From Tubiluchus corallicola (Eukaryota; Animalia; Priapulida), in assembly GCA_030141605.1 (NCBI GenBank), contig JAQGDQ010002366.1:690660-754659 (forward strand): a DNA stretch of 64,000 bases. The letters run 5' to 3'. Shown one piece after another: positions 1-11,273 of the stretch. Each line of letters starts with the position of its first letter. The stretch's first letter is position 1. A program made the position numbers and the translations under genes. Below the pieces are notes generated by a model. That model was not told the DNA's origin and ran no database searches. It was given only the letters and a program-made list of their open reading frames with translations.

Positions 1-317
1 ATGACGAAATTAATGTTTGACATTTTCCTGTAGTATTTTTTCAATTCTTCTCTATTATAACCATACTGCTGAACAATGCTAGAGTGCTAAAAGAGCTGCT
101 TTGTTACCAAACAAACTCTCGTTCAGTGAACGAGTTACAAAAGTCATCGCAAAACAATACCTTCGTACTGCATGCTGAGTTAAACACCTGGTCAAGCAAG
201 TTTTCATGACGCCAAACTGACGACAACTCAACCAACAAGCACAGTTTTTAATAAAATGAAGAAACTCACAGAATTTTCAAAAATTTGACAAAATTACCGA
301 TTCTCGACAAAAATCGC

Positions 318-439
318 TAGTGTCCTACTTGGGCTGCCAATGTAGGACACTACTTTTAGCGCATTGGTTTTACCAGAAGTGGTCTACTTGGCTCAGTGGT
401 CTACTCGGTTTCCTACAGCAGGTTTATTAAAGTAGACCA
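318..439. repeat. Short hairpin plus repeated GTC(C)TACTT motif in both orientations (probable DNA-transposon subterminal region)
   Basis: TAGTGTCCTAC (318-328) and GTAGGACACTA (342-352) are a perfect inverted pair around an inner TTGG/CCAA stem. AGTGGTCTACT occurs at 378 and 395, and inverted AAGTAGACCA at 430. Confidence 0.6.
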
Positions 440-551
440 AGTAATTATTCGAAATTCTTATTGATATCACCATCTTCTTCTTCATCATTATCATCACTGA
501 TAAATATAAATATGCTTATGTTTCTATTACAAATGATGCAAGTTTTGCATA

Positions 552-1200
552 CTAAATCATATCAAATCGAATTTATTTATCCCTGGCATAAAAACAAACA
601 TATTAATTATTAGTATACAAGTATAAACCATTAAAATGGGAAAGGGTGGCAAAAAACATGATGTTACCGAATCAGCCACCATAACTTACCCAAACCAACC
701 CACCCCAGCACACTTTACTTAGCATTTGCATTAAGAATGCTCAGCTAATTATCTTTTAATTCTTCACACCTCATTTTCGATTATATGTTCGCAGACAATT
801 TTTATGAGACTCGCATGTTGTTTATAACAGCAAATCCTTCCTATTAAAATTTAATGCAGGGGTTGACTGGACGCAATTAAAATAATTGTATAGCGAGTAA
901 TAATTACATTGCACTTAGATTAAAAAAGGTAACGGAAAAATGTGTATAAGCTTCCGATTGGATGCTACTTTTGCTGCTCAGTCTGGTGGTAAAAACAATT
1001 AGCCCTTTGATGAAACAAACAGTATCCTAACTCAGGGGCTGGCCCATTGAGCCAATCCACCACAACGCATACTTGATTGTTAGACAAAAATCGATAAGGT
1101 TTTCGATAGAGTACCATACTAAACTAACAATTAAGTAAATTATAATTGTCTGGTACCGTTCAGTGATGAATTTATTTGAAAAACACATAAATTCGTAAAG
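552..1200 (-). mobile_element. Heavily decayed 3' end of a CR1/L2-like LINE
   Basis: The minus strand ends in AATAAA followed by a (TTTGA)-like tail near 552-580. Upstream fragments read ..SLVWY.. and ..YALWWI.., resembling the LINE ORF2 C-terminal region. Confidence 0.35.
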
Positions 1201-1637
1201 CGTTTAATAACAAAAAATGCCAACAAAACGCTGCTACCAAAAAAATATAAAATAAACAACAGTTAATCACAATACACATGCACTCCAGTGACTTGTCTGG
1301 CCTTTGTCGCCCGTCTCCTTTGTACAATGTGGCAGATCTTCAAATGCTTTTCTTTCAGTTTGAAGATATGGTTAAGAGTTTTCATATTGTCGCGAGATTT
1401 TTTGGCTGAATACAGTCAATGAGAGATTGCTGCAAAATTTGCGAATTCATTGTACGACAAAATAAAAGAAGAAAAATGGACCGAGAAGATGAAATGCAGA
1501 AGTCTTAACTGGGTGTGTTATACTCTGAATTTACTGGAATAAAGTCCACTTATTAAATGACATCAACAGAAAGCATACACGGAAGTAAACCAATTGCAAC
1601 AAAGAGAAGGGCTCTTACAACACCGCCGCAAAGCGAC

Positions 1638-3150
1638 AAAAGACTAGACAAGTTTGTCATCACAAAAGTCACGTCAAGTCAACAGCCACGTGCTTACTGA
1701 AAGCTAACCAAACTTATATAAAAGAAAACGGCGTCTTTTAAAAACATTTTCATAAGATTGAAGAAGACTCAGCCCTCCTTACTTGAACGTAATGATCCAT
1801 AGCCAGGCATACCTAAGTAATTGAACAGAAAACATTATAACCTACCTTAAGTGGAATATTGCTAGAATGAAAAATATACATAACGACAGGAAAGGAGAAA
1901 TCATCAACTTTATGAAAAATACCTGTTGAAACACAGTTACCAGTGATTGTTACCGAAACGTCCAAATAATTAACAAACTTGATATTGCTGCCACTAAACT
2001 CTGTGCATAAAACTTAGAAATCTAAGTTTCAAAAAATTCATAATTAACCACAAAGATGTCATCGATACGTCTGTTGGTATTAGGAAGGATTCTACCCAGA
2101 TCTAACTTTTTCTCTTTTAGTGTTTTCCGTATAAAAGACAATTCACAAAACTTAAAAAATGTCAGCTAACAATGGACTAGTATTTCCCCCCCATCGGTAT
2201 CCCCTTTTATTAAACCAAATAAAATCAATAGCTGTTTTGAATTTGATTTTATCAAAGCAGTGATAACCAGCATACATAACACACTGCTAAAAACAATTTT
2301 TTGAAACTAACACATAAATACTAGTTAAATGAACTAAATACAATATCCAGAATATGGAAAATGCCATCCTTAACTAATTGCAGTTCTAAATTCGTATATA
2401 AAGTAGAAAAATCAAACACTTGAGCAGAAGGAATATTTACTCTGTGAAACTTACCCAAAAACTCTATATTAGATTTTATGCTCCAAAACATATTAGCCAC
2501 TGAATTTTTAGCTATACCACCACAGTATCTCCTAAAATAATCCCTAACAACAATTAAACCTTCAGTAACTAAAACTGAAAGCTTTTAACACTTACTAGTT
2601 CCTGCGATCCACAGCAGCAAATGTATATCTACCAACCCATAATTCATCCGACAAAACTTGAAGGTGATATTTTCTATAAATGACCACAAGGTCATAAGCT
2701 CTCTAACCTCCTTATGTTCACTAATATTAAGTTCACCAGAAACTATGTGGCCATGTAGCTTGTATAAAACAGTTTTTTGCAATCACAGACAGTATTAAGA
2801 ATCTTTTTAACATCCTCACAATCTAAAGACTTAAAAAATTTAGTATAATTGAAAATCACTTGGCTTATAGTCATAAAAAAGTATAATGAATTCTGTGAGG
2901 GATATTTACTTTAAACTTCTCTGGAAGTAAATTCTCAACACTACTGTCTGTAAATATGGATTGCGGCCGTATTTTGTCAGTTCGCTTACTGAGAAATGGA
3001 AGAACTAAAATTTCATTCTGTTTGTCATTATATACGATAAATATAATTATAATGATCAAAAATAATAATTTTGTTGTTGGATGCATTTTTGGATAATAAA
3101 AAGTATTTATGTATAGAATAAGCATTAGAGCGATTTGCTAAACTTTAGGG
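1638..3150 (-). mobile_element. Decayed Penelope-like retroelement (Naiad-type RT), frameshifted and internally deleted
   Basis: Minus-strand fragments occur in the expected order: LPFLSKRTDKIRPQSIF..VENLLP, YKLHGHIVSGELNI..VRELM, IAGTSKC, RYCGGIAKNS..NMFWSIKSN, FDFSTLYTNL (~2390-2420), GIPMGGNTSPLLADIF (~2155-2205), IDDI (~2056-2067), DDFSFPVV..SSNIP..GYNVF..QLLRYA (~1805-1905). These match recalled PLE RT motifs. Confidence 0.8.
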
Positions 3151-3426
3151 CCTTTATTAAAATTTAATACCTGTAAAAATTATAATAATCATAAGAAGGG
3201 TTCTTTTTAAAACACGTGAAAGTTATATATATCATGAATACTGTGGTGTATACATAGTAGCGTGTAATCATGAGTCAAAGGTTTGATGTAACTTGAACGA
3301 CTTGAGGAAATAACTTCTAGCAGTTGCAAAAATGGTCTTAAATGCAATGAAATGCATTGGCAGCTCCCAGACCAATAACTGCTTTTTTGTTGGCCCACCA
3401 TTTTTCTGAAGACTGTATCTGCCTCT

Positions 3427-3850
3427 GACTCCTACCACTACCATCAGTGCCACTACCAGTATCATTTACTACCATCACTACCAGTACCATTATCACCAGT
3501 ATCTACCACTATCACCTCTGCCAATATCAGTGCCACTGCATCGACTACCAGCACCTATGCCATCAGAACCACTACCAGTATCAGTACTACTATTATCAGT
3601 ATCTCTACAACTACCACCACTACGATTACCACCACTACCAGTGCCACAACAGCTAGTACCACTACCACTACTGCTGCTACAAGTACTGCTACCTCTACCA
3701 TTACTTGTACCACCATCACAACCACTACCAGTACTACTACCCACTGTCACCATTACCACTATCGTTACCTCCAGTGCCAGTGCCACTGTCACGACTACTA
3801 TTCTACTATTAATTGGTATTATTACTGTTACTATTATTATTTATATTATT
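3427..3850. repeat. Degenerate (CCA/CTA/CAG)n trinucleotide low-complexity tract
   Basis: Visible 3-bp periodicity. It explains the spurious Thr/Pro/Gly-rich ORFs at 3447-3883. Confidence 0.85.
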
Positions 3851-3958
3851 ACAGAAACCTGCCTCAAATTTGCAGATGATTAATATTCATAAGGCCACAG
3901 CTACAGGTGGAAGTGGTCCACTTAAACTAACAATAAACATCGTTTGCATAGGTATGTT

Positions 3959-4051
3959 ATGAGCAAAACTGTTATCATCAAAGAAACGCCTTGCATGACA
4001 ATTATGAGGACGCATGCAGAAAAGGACAGGATAATCTCAAAATTTCCTCAA
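3959..4051 (+). CDS. RAB34: Rab34/Rab36-family GTPase, coding exon 1 (alternative in-frame ATGs at 3995 and 4004)
   Basis: MSKT..MRTHAEKDRIISKFPQ matches the Rab34/36 N-terminal extension (DRV/II..F/LPQ/K). Donor GTAAGT at 4052, possible acceptor TAG at 3949-3951. Start codon uncertain. Confidence 0.8.
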
Positions 4052-4535
4052 GTAAGTTTTTTTTTGTTTTTAATTGCACATGTCAAAAGAATGATTCGTG
4101 GAAAACTTGAAAATTTCATTTTACTGTAAAGAAAGTTTGTTCACTGTTGCTGCTTTTCTTCAAAAAAGCAGATATTTCAGAGATTTGTTTTAGGTATCCT
4201 GCATTTCATAATATTTCACTTTAGTGAATAACTACTCTCTAGCTGAGAAAAATTGTTTACCCAATTGTGTTTTGACGAGTGATCTACTAAATTCAGGGGA
4301 AGGCATTAAAAAATTGTAAAAAAACCACATGGTTCCCGGAAGCGTTGCCATTTTCATGTCTCTTCTATGGTTGTTCGTGAAAGCTACAAATGTCATATTA
4401 TCATAATGTTTTGAAAGCACAATGACAGTAAGACGTCAAAGTTCGCTGCTTTAACCATTCAAATACATGTAATACGATTTTTTTTCAAATAACATTAGCA
4501 TGTTGATATACTTTACTTTTTCTATTTGTTACCAG

Positions 4536-4618
4536 CCAATTCATTCAGATGGACCTTATAAGCAAAGTGACTTTAGCTCAAAGGTTAGGGATGTTTGCTA
4601 TTCGAACAAGTCCGACAG
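4536..4618 (+). CDS. RAB34: Rab34/36 coding exon 2
   Basis: Flanked by CAG and GTAATA. Encodes PIHSDGPYKQSDFSSKVRDVCYSNKSD(R), matching the DF..V..C segment. Phase-consistent. Confidence 0.85.
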
Positions 4619-5306
4619 GTAATATTGACTTTCTTTACAGCCTGTGCAAGTGAATATGTCAAACTAAACCCTCACTATAATTAAGCTTTTACACTTAAAA
4701 TCCTAATCTCATTACAAATATTCAATTTATTTTATTATAAACTTGGTGTAAAACTTCTTTCTTTTTATTTTTTGATCATTTCATTGTTAGCGGTATTAGA
4801 TTTGAAGACCCGCCATTTTTCATTCGAGTACAGACGAGTGACGTTGTGAGCACGATCACGAGGTCACCAAAGATTGTTAAACAAACATCAGTAGCAAAAG
4901 ACGCTTTCTGTATTGCTACGTCATTCTTGCTCACTCGTACCAAAGACGGTGATGTCTACGGCAATGCACGCATTCGAAATTTGCCAGAAAATGGTTAGTT
5001 ATTTGATTTGCAAGTCGCTATTGTTTAATAATAACTATGGATTCTACGTGTAATCATAATAATGCGCTAAAAAAACGTCACTGTCTGTATTTAATTCTAA
5101 GCATAAGCAACTTATTGAGATAAATGTGTCTCAAGCATATAATGTCAACACTCAGTAAATTTATCATTCAGTGTTCATTTATAGCTGTAAACTATAGTGT
5201 AAGCTACAATACTGTAAGAATGAAATACAATATTATGAATGACTAAGTAAATGAGTGAATAAATTATGAATGAAATCAGTTATTTGTACTGAATTTTTAC
5301 TTGCAG

Positions 5307-5372
5307 GATGAACATCTGTAAAGCTGTTATTCTTGGCGATGTGGCTGTTGGCAAAACGTGCTTAGTAAACAG
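5307..5372 (+). CDS. RAB34: Rab34/36 coding exon 3 (P-loop)
   Basis: MNICKAVILGDVAVGKTCLVNR (G1 motif). TTGCAG acceptor and GT donor. Confidence 0.95.
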
Positions 5373-6118
5373 GTTATATTTCTTAAATTTACAGGGGGAA
5401 GAAAAGGCAATTTTAAAGTCTTTCTACACAAAATGGCTTAAAAAACTTTCTACACAAAGTTATATTACTTTGCTTTTATACCTACCAGCTTAAAAGGCTC
5501 ATGTAACTAGAAAAAAATTCTTAGTAATTCAAAATCTTCGTGCCAACTGGTAAAACGTCACCGACTCACCCCCCCCCTCCCAGTATGCACAGTTAACTCA
5601 TCTGAAAAATATTTTAAATGTTATTGCCAAGATACTGTAATTTACACTTTTGCTTTGTCAGTGAGGTGTGTCCTGCCAATGCTCCGATTGTAGTTTCAAA
5701 CTTTATGTAATGCTATCTAAACTTGTTTTAAACGTACTACCGTCAAAATGGCTGCACAAAAACATTCATAGCAGCAGTTTAAATTTACAAGTTTTACACA
5801 GCATTACTGTTAATGCAAGCTCTGTGCATAATTAGGTAGTATGCAGGTCATGCAAAGTTTCGGGATGATTTTTTTGCTTTTGGGAGCTAAAGGGTTTTCT
5901 TGTGCTTTAAGCATGATGGTGAGGTTCATGAGTTACTGGTAGGAAGTCCATGGTTAGTGTGAGTGGCTTGGATTTGACCAGGGGTTGGCGAGCTATACAG
6001 ACTATATACGCCTTTCCTATAAATTAGGACAAAAATACAACACATTATGGTTAATAGCAATAGTTCTTGCACTGGAATGAGTCATATTCTAACAAAAACC
6101 TGTTTTCTCTTACCACAG

Positions 6119-6220
6119 ATTTTGTCATCATACATTTGATAGTAACTACAAAGCCACCATCGGCGTTGACTTTGAGGTTGAGAGATTTGACGTACTAAAT
6201 ATGCCTTTTAATTTACAGAT
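6119..6220 (+). CDS. RAB34: Rab34/36 coding exon 4 (switch I)
   Basis: FCHHTFDSNYKATIGVDFEVERFDVLNMPFNLQI. Donor GTAAGT. Confidence 0.97.
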
Positions 6221-7084
6221 GTAAGTTTAATACCTAACAGATATCTTGTAATAACGTCTGTTCAAATAACTTCTTAATCAGTTATGGTGATTTTGCAGTA
6301 TCTTCCATTCAAAGATGCATACATTGCATAAATGGTCTATCTGTTTTTAATGCTGTGCAGTATTACACCATTACAACAAACATTGTTTATTGTACACACA
6401 TCAGTAATGCGAAGTCATTAAAAAAGAACTTTCGTCATTAATTGAACTAGTATAATAGCTTTGAATATACTCACTTGTTGCATTTTGCAAGTTTTTGTCG
6501 TGCCAAACTGCAGTTTGACACCTAGAATTTACACTGACAGCACATACACTGCTGAGATGTTTCATCAAATTTTGAACCCCACTGCAGTTACTTTGCTGCA
6601 AAAAATTTTCATACAAGGGTTAACTGCTATTTTGTGCCAAAAAAAAAATTGACTGACTTTTTTTAATCTTACTGACTTTGTTGAACAGCTCACGTAAATT
6701 TACAACTGAACGTGTACCACAGATTACATGTACATGCAATTTAATGTGAAGCACTCATTAATATTTAGTTTACTGAAGCTACCTAAACCACATTTCATTG
6801 GATTTGAATGTACTACAAAGTAGTTGATACTTAATAGCATCTTCTAAAAGTACTTCACATTCTCTGTGTACATTATTTATGCCCTTTTCTTATTAATATG
6901 TGCTTGTCCATTATGTACAAATTATGAATAGCTGCATGTGCTTATAGAGTACCTCAGTTATAGAGTACTTTTTTGGGTCTCTAGCAGGTTCGCTATCGTG
7001 ATGATATACTGTATAATTATGTATTTTTGCCTATGTGTATCAGATAAATATAATCTCCTTGTAAAAAATAACTGTTTTTTTCAG

Positions 7085-7149
7085 TTGGGACACAGCAGGC
7101 CAGGAAAGGTTCAAGTGCATAGCTGCTTCCTACTATAGAGGCGCACATG
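7085..7149 (+). CDS. RAB34: Rab34/36 coding exon 5 (switch II)
   Basis: [27 protein letters not shown] acceptor and GTAAGG donor. Confidence 0.97.
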
Positions 7150-7263
7150 GTAAGGCAAATTCATTTATTCATTATCAAATCTCCTGCTACTTTACAATAA
7201 TGACCAGTTTTTTTTCAGGTGTTCAATGTTTTTAGAATTTTTATGAAACTTTCAAGATAAATG

Positions 7264-7686
7264 AGCCTTTTCGCAGTTTCTCTATGCACAGTTTTACACA
7301 CGCACTATTGTTGTAGGTCAAAGGTGAAGTGAACACAGCGCATCTTACTTAACTACAACGGTCACGTGACCTTATGCATGTAACTGCATGTAGGTGAAAC
7401 GGGTGAAACACTTGGTCATATTTACTATATACTACACATGTATAATTTTAAACTAACAGGTGATTTTTATCCAAAAACATCTACCAAAATAGGAGCAGCA
7501 ATTAACGTAAAATGAACTAACTGAAGCAAGTTAACATCAAGAATTGTTACTAGTACAATAGTATGAGCTGCAAAACGTTGCCAAGTGTAAACAAATGCTT
7601 TGTTTGGTTCAGATAACATTGTTAGGTTCACTTAACCTTTGACCTTTTCACGATCATCGTTAAATCGCTCAAATTGTGAAAAGGCT
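7264..7686. mobile_element. MITE with AGCCTTTTCRCA terminal inverted repeats in Rab34 intron 5
   Basis: Left end AGCCTTTTCGCAGTTT; right end (reverse complement) AGCCTTTTCACAATTT. Both arms share subterminal AGGTCAAAGGTKAAGTGAAC. A homologous end lies at 33371-33430. Confidence 0.75.
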
Positions 7687-7879
7687 TTTCTAAAACTGAT
7701 TTTTTTATATGAGTCCTTCACCTGACTGAGACTGTCATAACTCTGCAAGTTATTGTTTGTGTAAAATTATATAGAATTCTGTTTACACAAATTAATAATT
7801 TCATTTATTTCTACTAATTTTACAATCCTTCCCAAATATCACTTAATAATTATATACTAAACCGTTCTGCATTTTCTAG

Positions 7880-8010
7880 TCATCATTCTGGTGTTTGATC
7901 TCAGTGACATGGAGACTTTAATGTCTACAAAACGGTGGTTGAGTGAAGCTCTCAGCAACAGGAATGAGAATCCACTTATATTTCTTGTTGGCAGCAAGAA
8001 GGACCTCGTG
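7880..8010 (+). CDS. RAB34: Rab34/36 coding exon 6 (G4)
   Basis: VIILVFDLSDMETLMSTKRWLSEALSNRNENPLIFLVGSKKDLV. GSKKD is the Rab34-type G4 variant. Confidence 0.97.
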
Positions 8011-8117
8011 GTACGTTTCAGTTTTTTTATGTAGACATTACAGTAATCATTACCGTAAAGTATATGTTCCATCTTATTTATTATTTATATAATATATAAT
8101 ACCTACATTATACTATC

Positions 8118-8346
8118 TATATTATATTATATTATATTATATTATATTATATTATATTATATTATATTATATTATATTATATTATATTATATTATATTAT
8201 ATTATATTATATTATATTATATTATATTATATTATATTATATTATATTATATTATATTATATTATATTATATTATATTATATTATATTATATTATATTAT
8301 ATTATATTATATTATATTATATTATATTATATTATATTATATTATA
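8118..8346. repeat. (TATAT)n pentanucleotide microsatellite, ~45 units, in Rab34 intron 6
   Basis: Perfect tandem ATTAT run. Confidence 0.98.
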
Positions 8347-8377
8347 AATAACTATTATAACTCTGTATTTTTTTCAG

Positions 8378-8468
8378 ACTAAACAGAGCTATGTTCGACT
8401 AGAGGAAGAAGCTGTTGTTATGGCAAAGGAGCTTGGTGCTGAGTACTGGGCTGTTTCATCAAAAACAG
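8378..8468 (+). CDS. RAB34: Rab34/36 coding exon 7 (G5)
   Basis: TKQSYVRLEEEAVVMAKELGAEYWAVSSKT(G). Confidence 0.96.
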
Positions 8469-9244
8469 GTTTGTAAAATGTTATGCACTGGATCAAAAGT
8501 TAGAATATTTAATTGTGTAAGTCTACGGTTCTGAAACAGGTACCACTACACTCAGGTTTGTCCTGCACTCTGAGGTGCTAGTGTTAATGCCTGCAGTTAG
8601 CAAAAGATCTTTTGATAATTTTGTATCGGTTTCAAACTACTAAAGGACCATACTTAGCTGTATTTCAAGATTTTTCTGTTAATCACACAAATTTAGGTTA
8701 GTTTCTGTTTGTTTTGTGTAATTAACTACCAATGACTGTCACAAGTATTCTTGCATTAAGTTTTGCCTGTTAAATTATTCTCATTCTTCTGATGAACTTT
8801 AGGTATATATTTTTGCTTGTAGAGTGTGTTTAATTTTTCTCAACTAAGTAAACTCTTAGAACAGGCACTTCGCTATAAAGGTAAAATCAGGAGGGGATTA
8901 TAAAGATTGGGTGTCACAGAAACGACTTCATGACTTCACAGCGCCATCACTGAACAAGAAATTGTGAATCACTGGTGTAAAGCAGAATATGAAAAGGCGT
9001 TACAGGAGTTCTGTTTCTCACAATAGTTGTGCGATTTTCATGATCGCAATTTTTTTTTAAAAGAAGCTTGTCATTCTTTCACCTGGTAAATATATTTAAT
9101 TTTTGTTATAAAACCATACCTGGCAAATGCTTATCACCATTGAATGGTCAAGACTCAATTTTATTCTATATTTTTAACTTTGAAGCAATTTTAGTGTTAC
9201 TCCAACTGGTAAGATACTCCTCATTAATATTGTATTTTTAATAG

Positions 9245-9358
9245 GTGAATTTGTCCAAGAATTTTTCTTCCGTGTGGCAGCCATGGTATTTGATGTGGCT
9301 ATGATGCAGGAATTATCCAGCGAAAGCCCAAAAAGAGCTATTGGTGGTGACTTAGTCA
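9245..9358 (+). CDS. RAB34: Rab34/36 coding exon 8
   Basis: GEFVQEFFFRVAAMVFDVAMMQELSSESPKRAIGGDLV. Donor GTAAGA. Confidence 0.95.
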
Positions 9359-9682
9359 GTAAGATTATTTTATTTTTTAACAACAAACAACTTTTAGCTC
9401 ATCTCTTTTGTTTTATGCTGTAAACTGGGTATTATCGTCATTGAACTCTGAATTCCACTAAACTCTACTTAACTCACAGTTCTGGAGTTGAGAAACCACC
9501 TATGAATGGGTTACGTGCCTATGTTGACATGTAGATGCCTGTTTATGCTTTAAATCCCCATTATTACTAAAAGTAGGGCATCTTAGTTAACTAAGTATAA
9601 CCACGTTAAGCCATTTGGTTGTACTAGCTGCGAGTAACACTATAATCTAATTCTGCTGGAGTGACACTGTTTTTTCTTGCAG

Positions 9683-9738
9683 AGGTTCATAAGCAAGACT
9701 TATATGAAACTAAGCCTAGGAAAAAGTGCTGTAGCTGA
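9683..9738 (+). CDS. RAB34: Rab34/36 final coding exon, CCx prenylation motif
   Basis: KVHKQDLYETKPRKKCCS-stop. The summed CDS is 801 nt, in frame (266 aa). Confidence 0.93.
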
Positions 9739-9809
9739 GTGGAAGTGGGAAGTGGAGCTTTTGTGTCGACTGTAAAGAACCTACAACTACATAACAGAGA
9801 CTATTATTA

Positions 9810-9942
9810 CCCCACTTTTACTATAAATATAATGCATTACGCATAGCAACAGCAGGTACCATTTTTAAAGTCTTTGGTATGACCCGGCCACTGTATCGAA
9901 CTCACGACCTCCCAGACAGAAAGCGAACGCATTACTACTAGA
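9810..9942 (-). mobile_element. tRNA-derived SINE fragment (MetaSINE-like central domain) in the Rab34 3' UTR
   Basis: Minus strand has a degenerate tRNA head with B-box GAGTTCGATAC, followed by GGGTCATACCAAAGACTTTAAAAATGGTACCTGCTG, which I recall as a conserved animal SINE body. Subfamily name is tentative. Confidence 0.7.
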
Positions 9943-11273
9943 GTTAAGTCCTATTAGTCCTATCTTGATAAAGTCCTATCTTGATAAAAATGGTTGTAAG
10001 ATTTGTAAGCCAGAATTTCTGGTTTAAATTCATTAGTTTTATATCACATTCATGTGTGTGATACATATAATCCATGTCTAAATTATATAAGTTAGCAATT
10101 TTCTTTGTTTTTTACCACATATTTAGCAATAATTATGCTAAACATATACCTCACCTGATTCACTACAGTTATGTAAAAACCCAATGGGTCTGTTAAAAAG
10201 GCTACAGTTAAGCTTCATAGAGCCACAATTCAAAATTATTATATACTTTAATTAACATAAATGCCAGAATAAATATGAAGTAGAATGCCTTTAACTTGTA
10301 CAAGCCATAATGATTTTTAAAAGCATTGTGTGGCCATTTTGTACAAGCCACAATAATGATTATTTAAATAGAGAAATGCTATTGCCTTTTAGAGTGTTTC
10401 TGTAGCTCCTCCTAATAATGTAATGATGCACTTAAACTGAATGCTTACAATATTATATTCAAATTGGAATGTTGAAAAATTTGGCAGTCAAGAGAATCTG
10501 GTTGCCTGCCTTTGGTAATATGGCTCTTTTGCCTGAAGAGTAACGACTTCTCCCCAAAATGACCATGAAAACATACAATTTAGTGTCCGATGTTTGTGGT
10601 AAGATTAATCAATTTGAAAGTGTAATTAATAAAGTACGTACGTGTTTTAAACAATGTTATTGTCATGTTCTTATAATGCTGTAGGCAAATGTGTTAGCTT
10701 TTGCTTTAAAAACACATTTTTGTCCATTTTACTGTGATAACTTATGTGTTCATACTGCTAAGAAACATTTATATGTACCTTTGATGTAGTATGTGAATGT
10801 GCATATATTGTTGAATTTTTTTACATTGGTATATCATATTCTCGTTTAAATGACAGGTAGTATAGAATCTCAATGAGGAAATTTTCTCATTACAGAGAAA
10901 AGTATTAGTAATGTAATTATTGTGAATGTTTATGTTTAACCAGGTGTGTCAATATAGTAAAATGTATTTTAGGTGGAGCACTTTATTTCTTTTTTACTGC
11001 TACATTTTGTGTTTTAGTGATTATAGTATACTGATGCTATACAATTAATGTCTCCTATAGCTACGCAATTCTTTACGTAGAATAATACTATTCTAAAGAT
11101 AATAAACTATTGTTAGTTTAGTTATAAATTATAGATCTCGGCAAAATTTCATGTGGCTTTTTATTATGTCAAGCACGTGGCACTATCCACTAACAAGAAT
11201 TAGGAATAACTATAAGCTGATGCCCATTTAAGTAATGGATTTTTTATCTTAAAGGACCTTAAATGTACCTTAA

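Noticed and set aside
103-116. X-box-like GTTACCAAACAAAC upstream of Rab34
   Set aside because: The second half-site is poor and the Rab34 TSS is unknown.
34-209. Possible terminal coding exon after a TTTTCCTGTAG acceptor
   Set aside because: The one open frame (FFQFFSIITILLNNARVLK..) has no recognisable similarity, and the upstream context is outside the window.
1560-1705. SECIS element after the Penelope-like ORF
   Set aside because: GTGA..AAA spacing is present, but I found no complementary 3' helix with the GA quartet.
3447-3883. Gly/Ser- or Pro/Leu-rich ORFs suggesting a mucin-like protein
   Set aside because: A degenerate trinucleotide repeat that is open in several frames, with no consistent gene structure.
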